Of a stretch of 64,000 nt of DNA, positions 30,701 to 44,400 are shown piece by piece (positions within the stretch are counted from its first letter, which is position 1; each line of letters begins with the position of its first letter). A program made the translations under genes and the position numbers. The DNA is from Eledone cirrhosa (taxonomy: Eukaryota). The stretch covers positions 318,308,001 to 318,372,000 of the forward strand of contig OZ024740.1 of the NCBI GenBank assembly GCA_964016885.1, written 5' to 3'. Below the pieces are notes generated by a model. It ran no database searches. It was not told where the DNA came from and saw only the letters and a list, made by a program, of their open reading frames with translations.

Positions 30701-33690
30701 CCCATTCGCTGTATTTCTACTACAATACTAACTTCAAATAATCCAGGATTGACTCGTCTACTTCCACAACTTACATTGTATCTGATATTCTAACGACTCT
30801 ACCAATTCGAAGTCGTTTAACTACAATACTAACTTTAAACAATCCAGGATTGTCTCCTCTATTTCCACAACTTACATTCTATCTGACATTCTAACGACTC
30901 TACCAATTCGATGTCTCTCTACTACAATACTCACAACTAATAATCCAGGATTGTCTCGTCTTTTTCCACAACTTACATTCTATCTGTCATTCTAACGACT
31001 CTACCAATTCGAAGTCTATCTATTACAGTATTAACAACAAATAATCCAGGATTCTATCGTCTATTTCCACAACTTACATTCTATCTGATATTCTAACGGC
31101 TCTACCAATTCGCTGTATTTCTACTACAATACTAACTTCAAATAATCCAGGATTTTCTCATCTATTTCCACAACTTACATTCTATGTGATATTCGAACGA
31201 CTCTACAAATTCGAAGTCTTTGTACTACAATACTAACAACAAATAATGCAGGATTGTCTCGTCTATTTCCACAACTTACATTCTATCTGACATTCTAACG
31301 ACTCTACCAATTCGAAGTCATCCTATTACAATACTCACAACAAATAATCCAGGATTGTCTCGTCTATTTCCACGACTTACATTCTACCTGACATTCTAAC
31401 GACTCTACGAATTCGAAGTCTTTCTACTACAATACTCACAACAAATAATCCAGGATTGTCCCGTCTATTGCCACAACTTACATTCTACCTGACATTCTAA
31501 CGACTCTACGAATTCGAAGTCTTTCTACTACAATACTCACAACAAATAATCCAGGATTGTCTCGTCTATTTCCACAACTTACATTCTATCTGACACTCTA
31601 ACGACTCTACCAATTCGAAGTCTTTCTATTACAATACTCACAACAAATAATCCAGGATTGTCTCGTCTATTCCCACAACTTACATTCTATGTGACATTCT
31701 AACGACTCTACCAATTCGAAGTTTTTCTACTACAATACTCACAACAAATAATCCAGGATTGTCTCGTCTATTTCCACAACTTACATTCTATCTGACATTC
31801 TAACAACTCTACCAAGTCGAAGTCTTTCTATTACAATACTCACAACAAATAATCCAGGATTGTCTCGTCTATTTCCACAACTTACATTCTATGTGACATT
31901 CTAATGACTCTACCAATTCGAAGTCTTTCTACTACAATACTCACAACAAATAATCCAGGATTGTCTCGTCTATTCCCACAACTTACATTATATCTGACAT
32001 TCTAATGACTCTACCAATTCGACGTCTTTCTACTAAAATACTAACAACAAATAATCTAAGATTGTCTCGTCTATTTCCACAACTTACATTCTATCTGACA
32101 TTCTAACGACTCTACCAATTCGAAGTCTTTCTGCTACAATACTCACAACAAATAATCCAGGATTGCCTCGTCTATTTCCACACCTTACGTTCTATCTGAC
32201 ATTCTAACGACTCTACCAATTATCTGTATTTCTACTACAATACTAACTTCAAATAATCCAGGATTGTCTCGTCTATTCCCACAACTTACATTCTATCTGA
32301 TATTCTAACGACTCTACCAATTTGAAGTCTTTCTACTACAATACTAACAACAAATAATCCAGGATTTCTCGTCTATTTCCACAACTTTCATTCTATCTGA
32401 TATTCGAACGACTCTACCAATTCGAACTCTTTCTACTACAATACTCACAACAAATAATCCAGGATTGTCTCGTCTATTTCCACAACTTACATTCTATCTC
32501 AGTTTCTAACGAGTCTACCAATTCGCTGTATTTATACTACAATACTCACAACAAATAAACCAGGATTGTCTCGTCTATTTCCACAACTTACATTCTATCT
32601 GACATACTAACGACTCTACCAATTCGAAGACTTTCTACTACAATACTAACTTTAAACAATCCAGGATTGTCTCCTCTATTTCCACAACTTACATTCTATC
32701 TGACATTCTAACGATTCTACCAATTCGATGTCTCTCTACTACAATACTCACAACTAATAATCCAGGATTGTCTCGTCTATTCCCACAACTTACATTATAT
32801 CTGACATTCTAATGACTCTACCAATTCGACGTCTTTCTACTACAATACTAACAACAAATAATCTAAGATTGTCTTGTCTATTTCCACAACTTACATTCTA
32901 TCTGACATTCTATAGACTCTACCAATTCGAAGTCTTTCTGCTACAATACTCACAACAAATAATCCAGGATTTCTCGTCTATTTCCACAACTTTCATTCTA
33001 TCTGATATTCGAACGACTCTACCAATTCGAAGTCTTTCTACTACAATACTCACAACAAATAAACCAGGATTGTCTCGTCTATTTCCACAACTTACATTCT
33101 ATCTGACATACTAACGACTCTACCAATTCGAAGTCTTTCTACTACAATACTAACTTTAAACTATCCAGGATTGTCTCCTCTATTTCCACAACTTACATTC
33201 TATCTGACATTCTAACGACTCAACCAATTCGATGTCTCTCTACTACAATACTCACAACACATAATCCAGGATTGTCTCCCCTTTTTCCACAACTTACATT
33301 CTATCTGACATTCAAACGACTCTATCAATTCGAAGTCTTTCTACTACAATACTAACGTCAAATAATCCAGGATTGTCTCGTCCATTTCCACAACTTACAT
33401 TCTATCTGACATTCTAACGACTCTACCAATTCGAAGTCTATCTATTACAGTACTAACAACAAATAATCCATGATTCTATCGTCTATTTCCACAACTTACA
33501 TTCTATCTGATATTCTAACGACTCTACCAATTCGCTGTATTTCTACTACAATACTAACTTCAAATAATCCAGGATTGACTCGTCTACTTCCACAACTTAC
33601 ATTGTATCTGATATTCTAACGACTCTACCAATTCGAAGTCGTTTAACTACAATACTAACTTTAAACAATCCAGGATTGTCTCCTCTATTT
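27790..33690 (+). repeat. Tandem duplication of a ~30-monomer (~3.0 kb) block
   Basis: The copies share rare variants (TATCTGTC 27953/30981, AACGGCTC, GATTTTCTCA, GAAGTCATCC, GTCCCGTCTATTGCC, TTATCTGTAT, GAACTC). The offset is 3028, then 3129 (markers 29369/32498; identical ORFs 29683/32812). Confidence 0.9.
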
Positions 33691-36600
33691 CCACAACTTA
33701 CATTCTATCTGACATTCTAACGACTCTACCAATTCGATTTCTTTCTACTACAATACTCACAACAAATAATCCAGGATTGTCTCGTCTATTTCCACAACTT
33801 ACATTCTATCTGACATTCTAACGACTCTACCAATTCGAAGTCTTTCTATTACAATACTCACAACAAATAATCCAGGATTGTCTCGTCTATTCCCACAACT
33901 TACACTATATCTGACATTCTAATGACTCTACCAATTCGAAGTCTTTCTACTACAATACTAACAACAAATAATCTAAGATTGTCTCGTCTATTTCCACAAC
34001 TTACATTCTATCTGACATTCTAACGACTCTACCAATTCGAAGTCTTTCTGCTACAATACTCACAACAAATAATCCAGGATTGCCTCGTCTATTTCCACAC
34101 CTTACATTCTATCTGACATTCTAACGACTCTACCAATTCGCTGTATTTCTACTACAATACTAACTTCAAATAATCCAGGATTGTCTTGTCTATTTCCACA
34201 ACTTACATTCTATCTGATATTCTTACGACTCTACCAATTTGAAGTCTTTCTACTACAATACTCACAACAAATAATCCAGGTTTGTCTCGTCTATTTCCAC
34301 AACTTACATTCTATCTGACATACTAACCACTCTACCAATTCGAAGTTTTTCTACTACAATACTAACTTTAAACAATCCAGGATTGTCTCCTCTATTTCCA
34401 CAACTTACATTCTATCTGACATTCTAACGACTCTACCAACTCGATGTCTCTCTACTACAATACTCACAACAAATAATCCAGGATTGTCTCCCCTTTTTCC
34501 ACAACTTACATTCTATCTGACATTCAAACGACTCTATCAATTCGAAGTCTTTCTACTACAATACTAACGTCAAATAATCCAGGATTGTCTCGTCCATTTC
34601 CACAACTTACGTTCTATCTGACATTCTAACGACTCTACCAATTCGAAGTCTATCTATTACAGTACTAACAACAAATAATCCATGATTCTATCGTCTATTT
34701 CCACAACTTACATTCTATCTGATATTCTAACGACTCTACCAATTCGCTGTATTTCTACTACAATACTAACTTCAAATAATCCAGGATTGTCTCATCTATT
34801 TCCACAACTTACATTCTATCTGATATTCGAACGACTCTACCAATTCGAAGTATTTGTACTACAATACTAACAACAAATAATGCAGGATTGTCTCGTCTAT
34901 TTCCACAACTTACATTCTATCTGATTTTCTAACGACTCTACCAATTCGAAGTCTTTCTATTACAATACTCACAACAAATAATCCAGGATTGTCTCGTCTA
35001 TTTCCACAACTTACATTCTACCTGACATTCTAACGACTCTACGAATTCGAAGTCTTTCTACTACAATACTCACAACAAATAATCCAGGATTGTCTCGTCT
35101 ATTTCCACAAATTACATTCTATCTGACATTCTAACGACTCTACCAATTCGAAGTTTTTCTACTACAATACTCACAACAAATAATCAAGGATTGTAGCGTC
35201 TATTTCCACAACGTACATTCTATTTGACATTCTAACGACTCTACCAATTCGAAGTCTTTCTACTACAATACTCACAACAATTAATCCAGGAATGTCTCGT
35301 CTATTTCCACACCTTACATTCTATCTGACATTCTAACGACTCTACCCATTCGCTGTATTTCTACTACAATACTAACTTCAAATAATCCAGGATTGTCTCG
35401 TCTACTTCCACAACTTACATTGTATCTGATATTCTAACGACTCTACCAATTCGAAGTCTTTCTACTACAATACTAACTTTAAACAATCCAGGATTGTCTC
35501 CTCTATTTCCACAACTTACATTCTATCTGACATTCTAACGACTCTACCAATTCGATTTCTTTCTACTACAATACTCACAACAAATAATCCAGGATTGTCT
35601 CGTCTATTTCCACAACTTACATTCTATCTGACATTCAAACGACTCTATCAATTCGAAGTCTTTCTACTACAATACTAATGTCAAATAATCCAGGATTGTC
35701 TCGTCTATTTCCATAACTTACATTCTATCTGACATTCTAACGACTCTACCAATTCGAAGTCTATCTATTACAATACTAACAACAAATAATCTAGGATTGT
35801 CTGGTCTATTTCCACAACTTACATTCTATCTGACATTCTAACGACTCTACCAATTCGAGGTTTTTCTACTACAATAATCACAACAAATAATCCAGGATTG
35901 TCTCGTCTATTTCCACACCTTACATTCTATCTGACATTCTAACGACTCTACGAATTCGAAGTCTTTCTACTACAATACTCACAACAAATAATCCAGGATT
36001 GTCTCGTCTATTTCCACAACTTACATTCTATCTGACATTCTAACGACTCTACCAATTCGAAATCTTTCTATTACAATACTCACAACAAATAATCCAGGAT
36101 TGTCTCGTCTATTCCCACAACTTACATTCTATATGACATTCTAACGACTCTACCAATTCGAAGTTTTTCTACTACAATACTCACAACAAATAATCCAGGA
36201 TTGTCTCGTCTATTTCCACAACTTACATTCTATGTGACATTCTAACGACTCTACCAATTCGAAGTCTTTCTACTACAATACTCACAACAAATAATCCAGG
36301 ATTGTCTCGTCTATTCCCACAACTTACATTATATCTGACATTCTAATGACTCTACCAATTCGAAGTCTTTCTACTACAATACTAACAACAAATAATCTAA
36401 GATTGTCTCGTCTATTTCCACAACTTACATTCTATCTGACATTCTAACGACTCTACCAATTCGAAGTCTTTCTGCTACAATACTCACAACAAATAATCCA
36501 GGATTGCCTCGTCTATTTCCACACCTTACATTCTATCTGACATTCTAACGACTCTACCAATTCGCTGTATTTCTACTACAATACTAACTTCAAATAATCC

Positions 36601-38919
36601 AGGATTGTATCGTCTATTTCCACAACTTACATTCTATCTCAGTTTCTAACGAGTCTATCAATTCGCTGTATTTATACTGCAATACTCACAACAAATAAAC
36701 CAGGATTGTCTCGTCTATTTCCACAACTTACATTCTATCTGACATTCTAACGACTCTACCAATTCGATGTCTCTCTACTACAATACTGACAACAAATAAT
36801 CCAGGATTGTCTCCCCTTTTTCCACAACTTACATTCTATGTGACATTCAAACGACTCTATCAATTCGAAGTCTTTCTACTACAATACTAACGTCAAATAA
36901 TCCAGGATTGTCTCGTCCATTTCCACAACTTACATTCTATCTGACATTCTAACGACTCTACCAATTCGAAGTCTATCTATTACAGTACTAACAACAAATA
37001 ATCCATGATTCTATCGTCTATTTCCACAACTTACATTATATCTGATATTCTAACGACTCTACCAATTCGCTGTATTTCTACTACAATACTAACTTGATAT
37101 AATCCAGGATTGTCTCATCTATTTCCACAACTTACATTCTATCTGATATTCGAACGACTCTACCAATTCGAAGTCTTTGTAATACAATACTAACAACAAA
37201 TAATGCAGGATTGTCTCGTCTATTTCCACAACTTACATTCTATCTGATTTTCTAACGACTCTACCAATTCGAAGTCTTTCTATTACAATACTCACAACAA
37301 ATAATCCAGGATTGTCTCGTCTATTTCCACAACTTACATTCTACCTGACATTCTAACGACTCTACGAATTCGAAGTCTTTCTACTACAATACTCACAACA
37401 AATAATCCAGGATTGTCTCGTCTATTTCCACAAATTACATTCTATCTGACATTCTAACGACTCTACCAATTCGAAGTTTTTCTACTACAATACTCACAAC
37501 AAATAATCAAGGATTGTAGCGTCTATTTCCACACCTTACATTCTATCTGACATTCTAACGACTCTACCCATTCGCTGTATTTCTACTACAATACTAACTT
37601 CAAATAATCCAGGATTGTCTCATCTACTTCCACAACATACATTGTATCTGATATTCTAACGACTCTACCATTCGAAGTCTTTCTACTACAATACTAACTT
37701 TAAACAATCCAGGATTGTCTCCTCTATTTCCACAACTTACATTCTATCTGACATTCTAACGACTATACCAATTCGATTTCTTTCTACTACAATACTCACA
37801 ACAAATAATCCAGGATTGTCTCGTCTATTTCCACAACTTACATTCTATCTGACATTCAAACGACTCTATCAATTCGAAGTCTTTCTACTACAATACTAAC
37901 GTCAAATACTCCAGGATTGTCTCGTCCATTTCCATAACTTACATTCTATCTGACATTCTAACGACTCTACCAATTCGAAGTCTATCTATTACAATACTAA
38001 CAACAAATAATCTAGGATTGTCTGGTCTATTTCCACAACTTACATTCTATCTGACGTTCTAACGACTCTACCAATTCGAAGTTTTTCTACTACAATACTC
38101 ACAACAAATATTCCAGGATTGTCTCGTCTATTTCCACACCTTACATTCTATCTGACATTCTAACGACTCTAACCATTCGCTGTATTTCTACTACAATACT
38201 AACTTCAGATAATCCAGGATTGTCTCGTCTACTTCCACAACTTACATTGTATCTGATATTCTAACGACTCTACCAATTCGAAGTCTTTTAACAACAATAC
38301 TAACTTTAAACAATCCAGGATTGTCTCCTCTATTTCCACAACTTACATTCTATCTCAGTTTCTAACGAGTCTACCAATTCGCTGTATTTATACTACAATA
38401 CTCACAACAAATAAACCAGGATTGTCTCGTCTATTTCCACAACTTACATTCTATCTGACATTCTAACGACTCTATCCATTCGCTGTATTTCTACTACAAT
38501 AATAACTTTAAACAATCCAGGATTGTCTCCTCTATTTCCACAACTTACATTCTATCTGACATTCTAACGACTCTACCAATTCGATTTCTTTCTACTACAA
38601 TACTCACAACAAATAATCCAGGATTGTCTCGTCTATTTCCACAACTTACATTCTATGTGACATTCTAACGACTCTACCAATTCGAAGTTTTTCTACTACA
38701 ATACGCACAACAAATGATCCAGGATTGTCTCGTCTATTTCCACAACTTACATTCTATCTGACATTCTAACGACTCTACCAAGTCGAAGCCTTTCTATTAC
38801 AATACTCACAACAAATAATCCAGGATTGTCTCGTCTATTTCCACAACTTACATTCTATGTGACATTCTAACGACTCAACCAATTCGAAGTCTTTCTACTA
38901 CAATACTCACAACAAATAA

Positions 38920-41480
38920 TCCAGGAATGTCTCGTCTATTCCCACAACTTACATTATATCTGACATTCTAATGACTCTACCAATTCGAAGTCTTTCTACT
39001 ACAATACTAACAACAAATAATCTAAGATTGTCTCCTCTATTTCCACAACTTACATTCTATCTGACATTCTAACGACTCTACCAATTCGATTTCTTTCTAC
39101 TACAATACTCACAACAAATAATCCAGGATTGTCTCGTCTATTTCCACAACTTACATTCTATCTGACATTCTAACGACTCTACCAATTCGAAGTCTTTCTA
39201 TTACAATACTCACAACAAATAATCCAGGATTGTCTCGTCTATTCCCACAACTTACATTCTATGTGACATTCTAACGACTCTACCAATTCAAAGTTTTTCT
39301 ACTACAATACTCACAACAAATGATCCAGGATTGTCTCGTCTATTTCCACAACTTACATTCTATCTGACATTCTAACGACTCTACCAAGTCGAAGTCTTTC
39401 TATTACAATACTCACAACAAATAATCCAGGATTGTCTCGTCTATTTCCACAACTTACATTCTATGTGACATTCTAACGACTCAACCAATTCGAAGTCTTT
39501 CTACTACAATACTCACAACAAATAATCCAGGATTGTCTCGTCTATTCCCACACCTTACATTCTATCTGACATTCTAACGACTCTACCAATTCGCTGTATT
39601 TCTACTACAATACTAACTTCAAATAATCCAGGATTGTCTCATCTATTTTCACAACTTACATTCTATCTGATATTCGAACGACTCTACCAATTCGAAGTCT
39701 TTGTACTACAATACTAACAACAAATAATGCAGGATTGTCTCGTCTATTTCCACAACTTACATTCTATCTGACATTCTAACGACTCTACCAATTCGAAGTC
39801 TTTCTATTACAATACTCACAACAAATAATCCAGGATTGTCTCGTCTATTTCCACAAATTACATTCTATCTGACATTCTAACGACTCTACCAATTCGAAGT
39901 GTTTCTACTACAATACTCACAACAAATAATCAAGGATTGTATCGTCTATTTCCACAACGTACATTCTATCTGACATTCTAACGACTCTACCAATTCGAAG
40001 TCTTTCTACTACAATACTCACAACAATTAATCCAGGAATGTCTCGTCTATTTCCACACCTTACATTCTATCTGACATTCTAACGACTCTACCCATTCGCT
40101 GTATTTCTACTACAATACTAACTTCAAATAATCCAGGATTGTCTCGTCTACTTCCACAACTTACATTGTATCTGATATTCTAACGACTCTACCAATTCGA
40201 AGTCTTTTAACTACAATACTAACTTTAAACAATCCAGGAATGTCTCGTCTATTCCCACAACTTACATTATATCTGACATTCTAATGACTCTACCAATTCG
40301 AAGTCTTTCTACTACAATACTAACAACAAATAATCTAAGATTGTCTCCTCTATTTCCACAACTTACATTCTATCTGACATTCTAACGACTCTACCAATTC
40401 GATTTCTTTCTACTACAATACTCACAACAAATAATCCAGGATTGTCTCGTCTATTTCCACAACTTACATTCTATCTGACATTCTAACGACTCTACCAATT
40501 CGAAGTCTTTCTATTACAATACTCACAACAAATAATCCAGGATTGTCTCGTCTATTCCCACAACTTACATTCTATGTGACATTCTAACGACTCTACCAAT
40601 TCAAAGTTTTTCTACTACAATACTCACAACAAATGATCCAGGATTGTCTCGTCTATTTCCACAACTTACATTCTATCTGACATTCTAACGACTCTACCAA
40701 GTCGAAGTCTTTCTATTACAATACTCACAACAAATAATCCAGGATTGTCTCGTCTATTTCCACAACTTACATTCTATGTGACATTCTAACGACTCAACCA
40801 ATTCGAAGTCTTTCTACTACAATACTCACAACAAATAATCCAGGATTGTCTCGTCTATTCCCACACCTTACATTCTATCTGACATTCTAACGACTCTACC
40901 AATTCGCTGTATTTCTACTACAATACTAACTTCAAATAATCCAGGATTGTCTCATCTATTTTCACAACTTACATTCTATCTGATATTCGAACGACTCTAC
41001 CAATTCGAAGTCTTTGTACTACAATACTAACAACAAATAATGCAGGATTGTCTCGTCTATTTCCACAACTTACATTCTATCTGACATTCTAACGACTCTA
41101 CCAATTCGAAGTCTTTCTATTACAATACTCACAACAAATAATCCAGGATTGTCTCGTCTATTTCCACAAATTACATTCTATCTGACATTCTAACGACTCT
41201 ACCAATTCGAAGTGTTTCTACTACAATACTCACAACAAATAATCAAGGATTGTATCGTCTATTTCCACAACGTACATTCTATCTGACATTCTAACGACTC
41301 TACCAATTCGAAGTCTTTCTACTACAATACTCACAACAATTAATCCAGGAATGTCTCGTCTATTTCCACACCTTACATTCTATCTGACATTCTAACGACT
41401 CTACCCATTCGCTGTATTTCTACTACAATACTAACTTCAAATAATCCAGGATTGTCTCGTCTACTTCCACAACTTACATT
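38920..41480 (+). repeat. Tandem duplication of a 13-monomer block (period 1313 bp)
   Basis: CCAGGAATG...ATTCCC at 38921/40234 and TTCAAAGTTTT at 39287/40600 are both offset by exactly 13x101. Confidence 0.85.
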
Positions 41481-44400
41481 CTATCTGACATTCTAACGAC
41501 TCTACCAATTCGATTTCTTTCTACTACAATACTCACAACAAATAATCCAGGATTGTCTCGTCTATTGCCACAATTTACATTCTACCTGACATTCTAACGA
41601 CTCTACGAATTCGAAGTCTTTCTACTACAATACTCACAACAAATAATCCAGGATTGTCTCGTTTATTTCCACAACTTACATTCTATCTGACATTCTAACG
41701 ACTCTACCAATTCGAAGTCTTTCTATTACAATACTCACAACAAATAATCCAGGATTGTCTCGTCTATTCCCACAACTTACATTCTATGTGACATTCTAAC
41801 GAATCTACCAATTCGAAGTTTTTCTACTACAATACTCACAACAAATAATCCAGGATTGTCTCGTCTATTTCCACAACTTACATTCTATGTGACATTCTAA
41901 CGACTCTACCAATTCGAAGTCTTTCTACTACAATACTCACAACAAATAATCCAGGATTGTCTCGTCTATTCCCACAACTTACATTATATCTGACATTCTA
42001 ATGACTCTACCAATTCGAAGTCTTTCTACTACAATACTAACAACAAATAATCTAAGATTGTCTCGTCTATTTCCACAACTTACATTCTATCTGACATTCT
42101 AACGACTCTACCAATTCGAAGTCTTTCTGCTACAATACTCACAACAAATAATCCAGGATTGCCTCGTCTATTTCCACAACTTACATTCTATCTGACATTC
42201 TAACGACTCTACCAATTCGCTGTATTTCTACTACAATACTAACTTCAAATAATCCAGGATTGTCTCGTCTATTTCCACAACCTACATTCTATCTGATATT
42301 CTAACGACTCTACCAATTTGAAGTCTTTCTACTACAATACTCACAACAAATAATCCAGGATTGTCTCGTCTATTTCCACAACTTACATTCTATCTCAGTT
42401 TCTAACGAGTCTACCAATTCGCTGTATTTATACTGCAATACTCACAACAAATAAACCACGATTGTCTCGTCTATTTCCACAACTTACATTCTATCTGACA
42501 TACTAACGACTCTACCAATTCAAAGTCTTTCTAATACAATACTAACTTTAAACAATCCAGGATTGTCTCCTCTATTTCCACAAATTACATTCTATCTGAC
42601 ATTCTAACGACTCTACCAATTCGAAGTCTATCTATTACAATACTAACAACAAATAATCTAGGATTGTCTGGTCTATTTCCACAACTTACATTCTATCTGA
42701 CGTTCTAACGACTCTACCAATTCGAAGTTTTTCTACTACAATACTCACAACAAATAATCCAGGATTGTCTCGTCTATTTCCACACCTTACATTCTATCTG
42801 ACATTCTAACGACTCTAACCATTCGCTGTATTTCTACTACAATACTAACTTCAAATAATCCAGGATTGTCTCGTCTACTTCCACAACTTACATTGTATCT
42901 GATATTCTAACGACTCTACCAATTCGAAGTCTTTTAACAACATTACTAACTTTAAACAATCCAGGATTGTCTCCTCTATTTCCACAACTTACATTCTATC
43001 TCAGTTTCTAACGAGTCTACCAATTCGCTGTATTTATACTACAATACTCACAACAAATAAACCAGGATTGTCTCGTCTATTTCCACAACTTACATTCTAT
43101 CTGACATTCTAACGACTCTATCCATTCGCTGTATTTCTACTACAATAATAACTTTAAACAATCCAGGATTGTCTCCTCTATTTCCACAACTTACATTCTA
43201 TCTGACATTCTAACGACTCTACCAATTCGATTTCTTTCTACTACAATACTCACAACAAATAATCCAGGATTGTCTCGTCTATTTCCACAACTTACATTCT
43301 ATGTGACATTCTAACGACTCTACCAAGTCGAAGTTTTTCTACTACAATACGCACAACAAATGATCCAGGATTGTCTCGTCTATTTCCACAACTTACATTC
43401 TATCTGACATTCTAACGACTCTACCAAGTCGAAGCCTTTCTATTACAATACTCACAACAAATAATCCAGGATTGTCTCGTCTATTTCCACAACTTACATT
43501 CTATGTGACATTCTAACGACTCAACCAATTCGAAGTCTTTCTACTACAATACTCACAACAAATAATCCAGGAATGTCTCGTCTATTCCCACAACTTACAT
43601 TATATCTGACATTCTAATGACTCTACCAATTCGAAGTCTTTCTACTACAATACTAACAACAAATAATCTAAGATTGTCTCCTCTATTTCCACAACTTACA
43701 TTCTATCTGACATTCTAACGACTCTACCAATTCGATTTCTTTCTACTACAATACTCACAACAAATAATCCAGGATTGTCTCGTCTATTTCCACAACTTAC
43801 ATTCTATCTGACATTCTAACGACTCTACCAATTCGAAGTCTTTCTATTACAATACTCACAACAAATAATCCAGGATTGTCTCGTCTATTCCCACAACTTA
43901 CATTCTATGTGACATTCTAACGACTCTACCAATTCAAAGTTTTTCTACTACAATACTCACAACAAATGATCCAGGATTGTCTCGTCTATTTCCACAACTT
44001 ACATTCTATCTGACATTCTAACGACTCTACCAAGTCGAAGTCTTTCTATTACAATACTCACAACAAATAATCCAGGATTGTCTCGTCTATTTCCACAACT
44101 TACATTCTATGTGACATTCTAACGACTCAACCAATTCGAAGTCTTTCTACTACAATACTCACAACAAATAATCCAGGATTGTCTCGTCTATTCCCACAAC
44201 TTACATTCTATCTGACATTCTAACGACTCTACCAATTCGAAGTCTTTCTGCTACAATACTCACAACAAATAATCCAGGATTGCCTCGTCTATTTCCACAC
44301 CTTACATTCTATCTGACATTCTAACGACTCTACCAATTCGCTGTATTTCTACTACAATACTAACTTCAAATAATCCAGGATTGTCTCATCTATTTTCACA

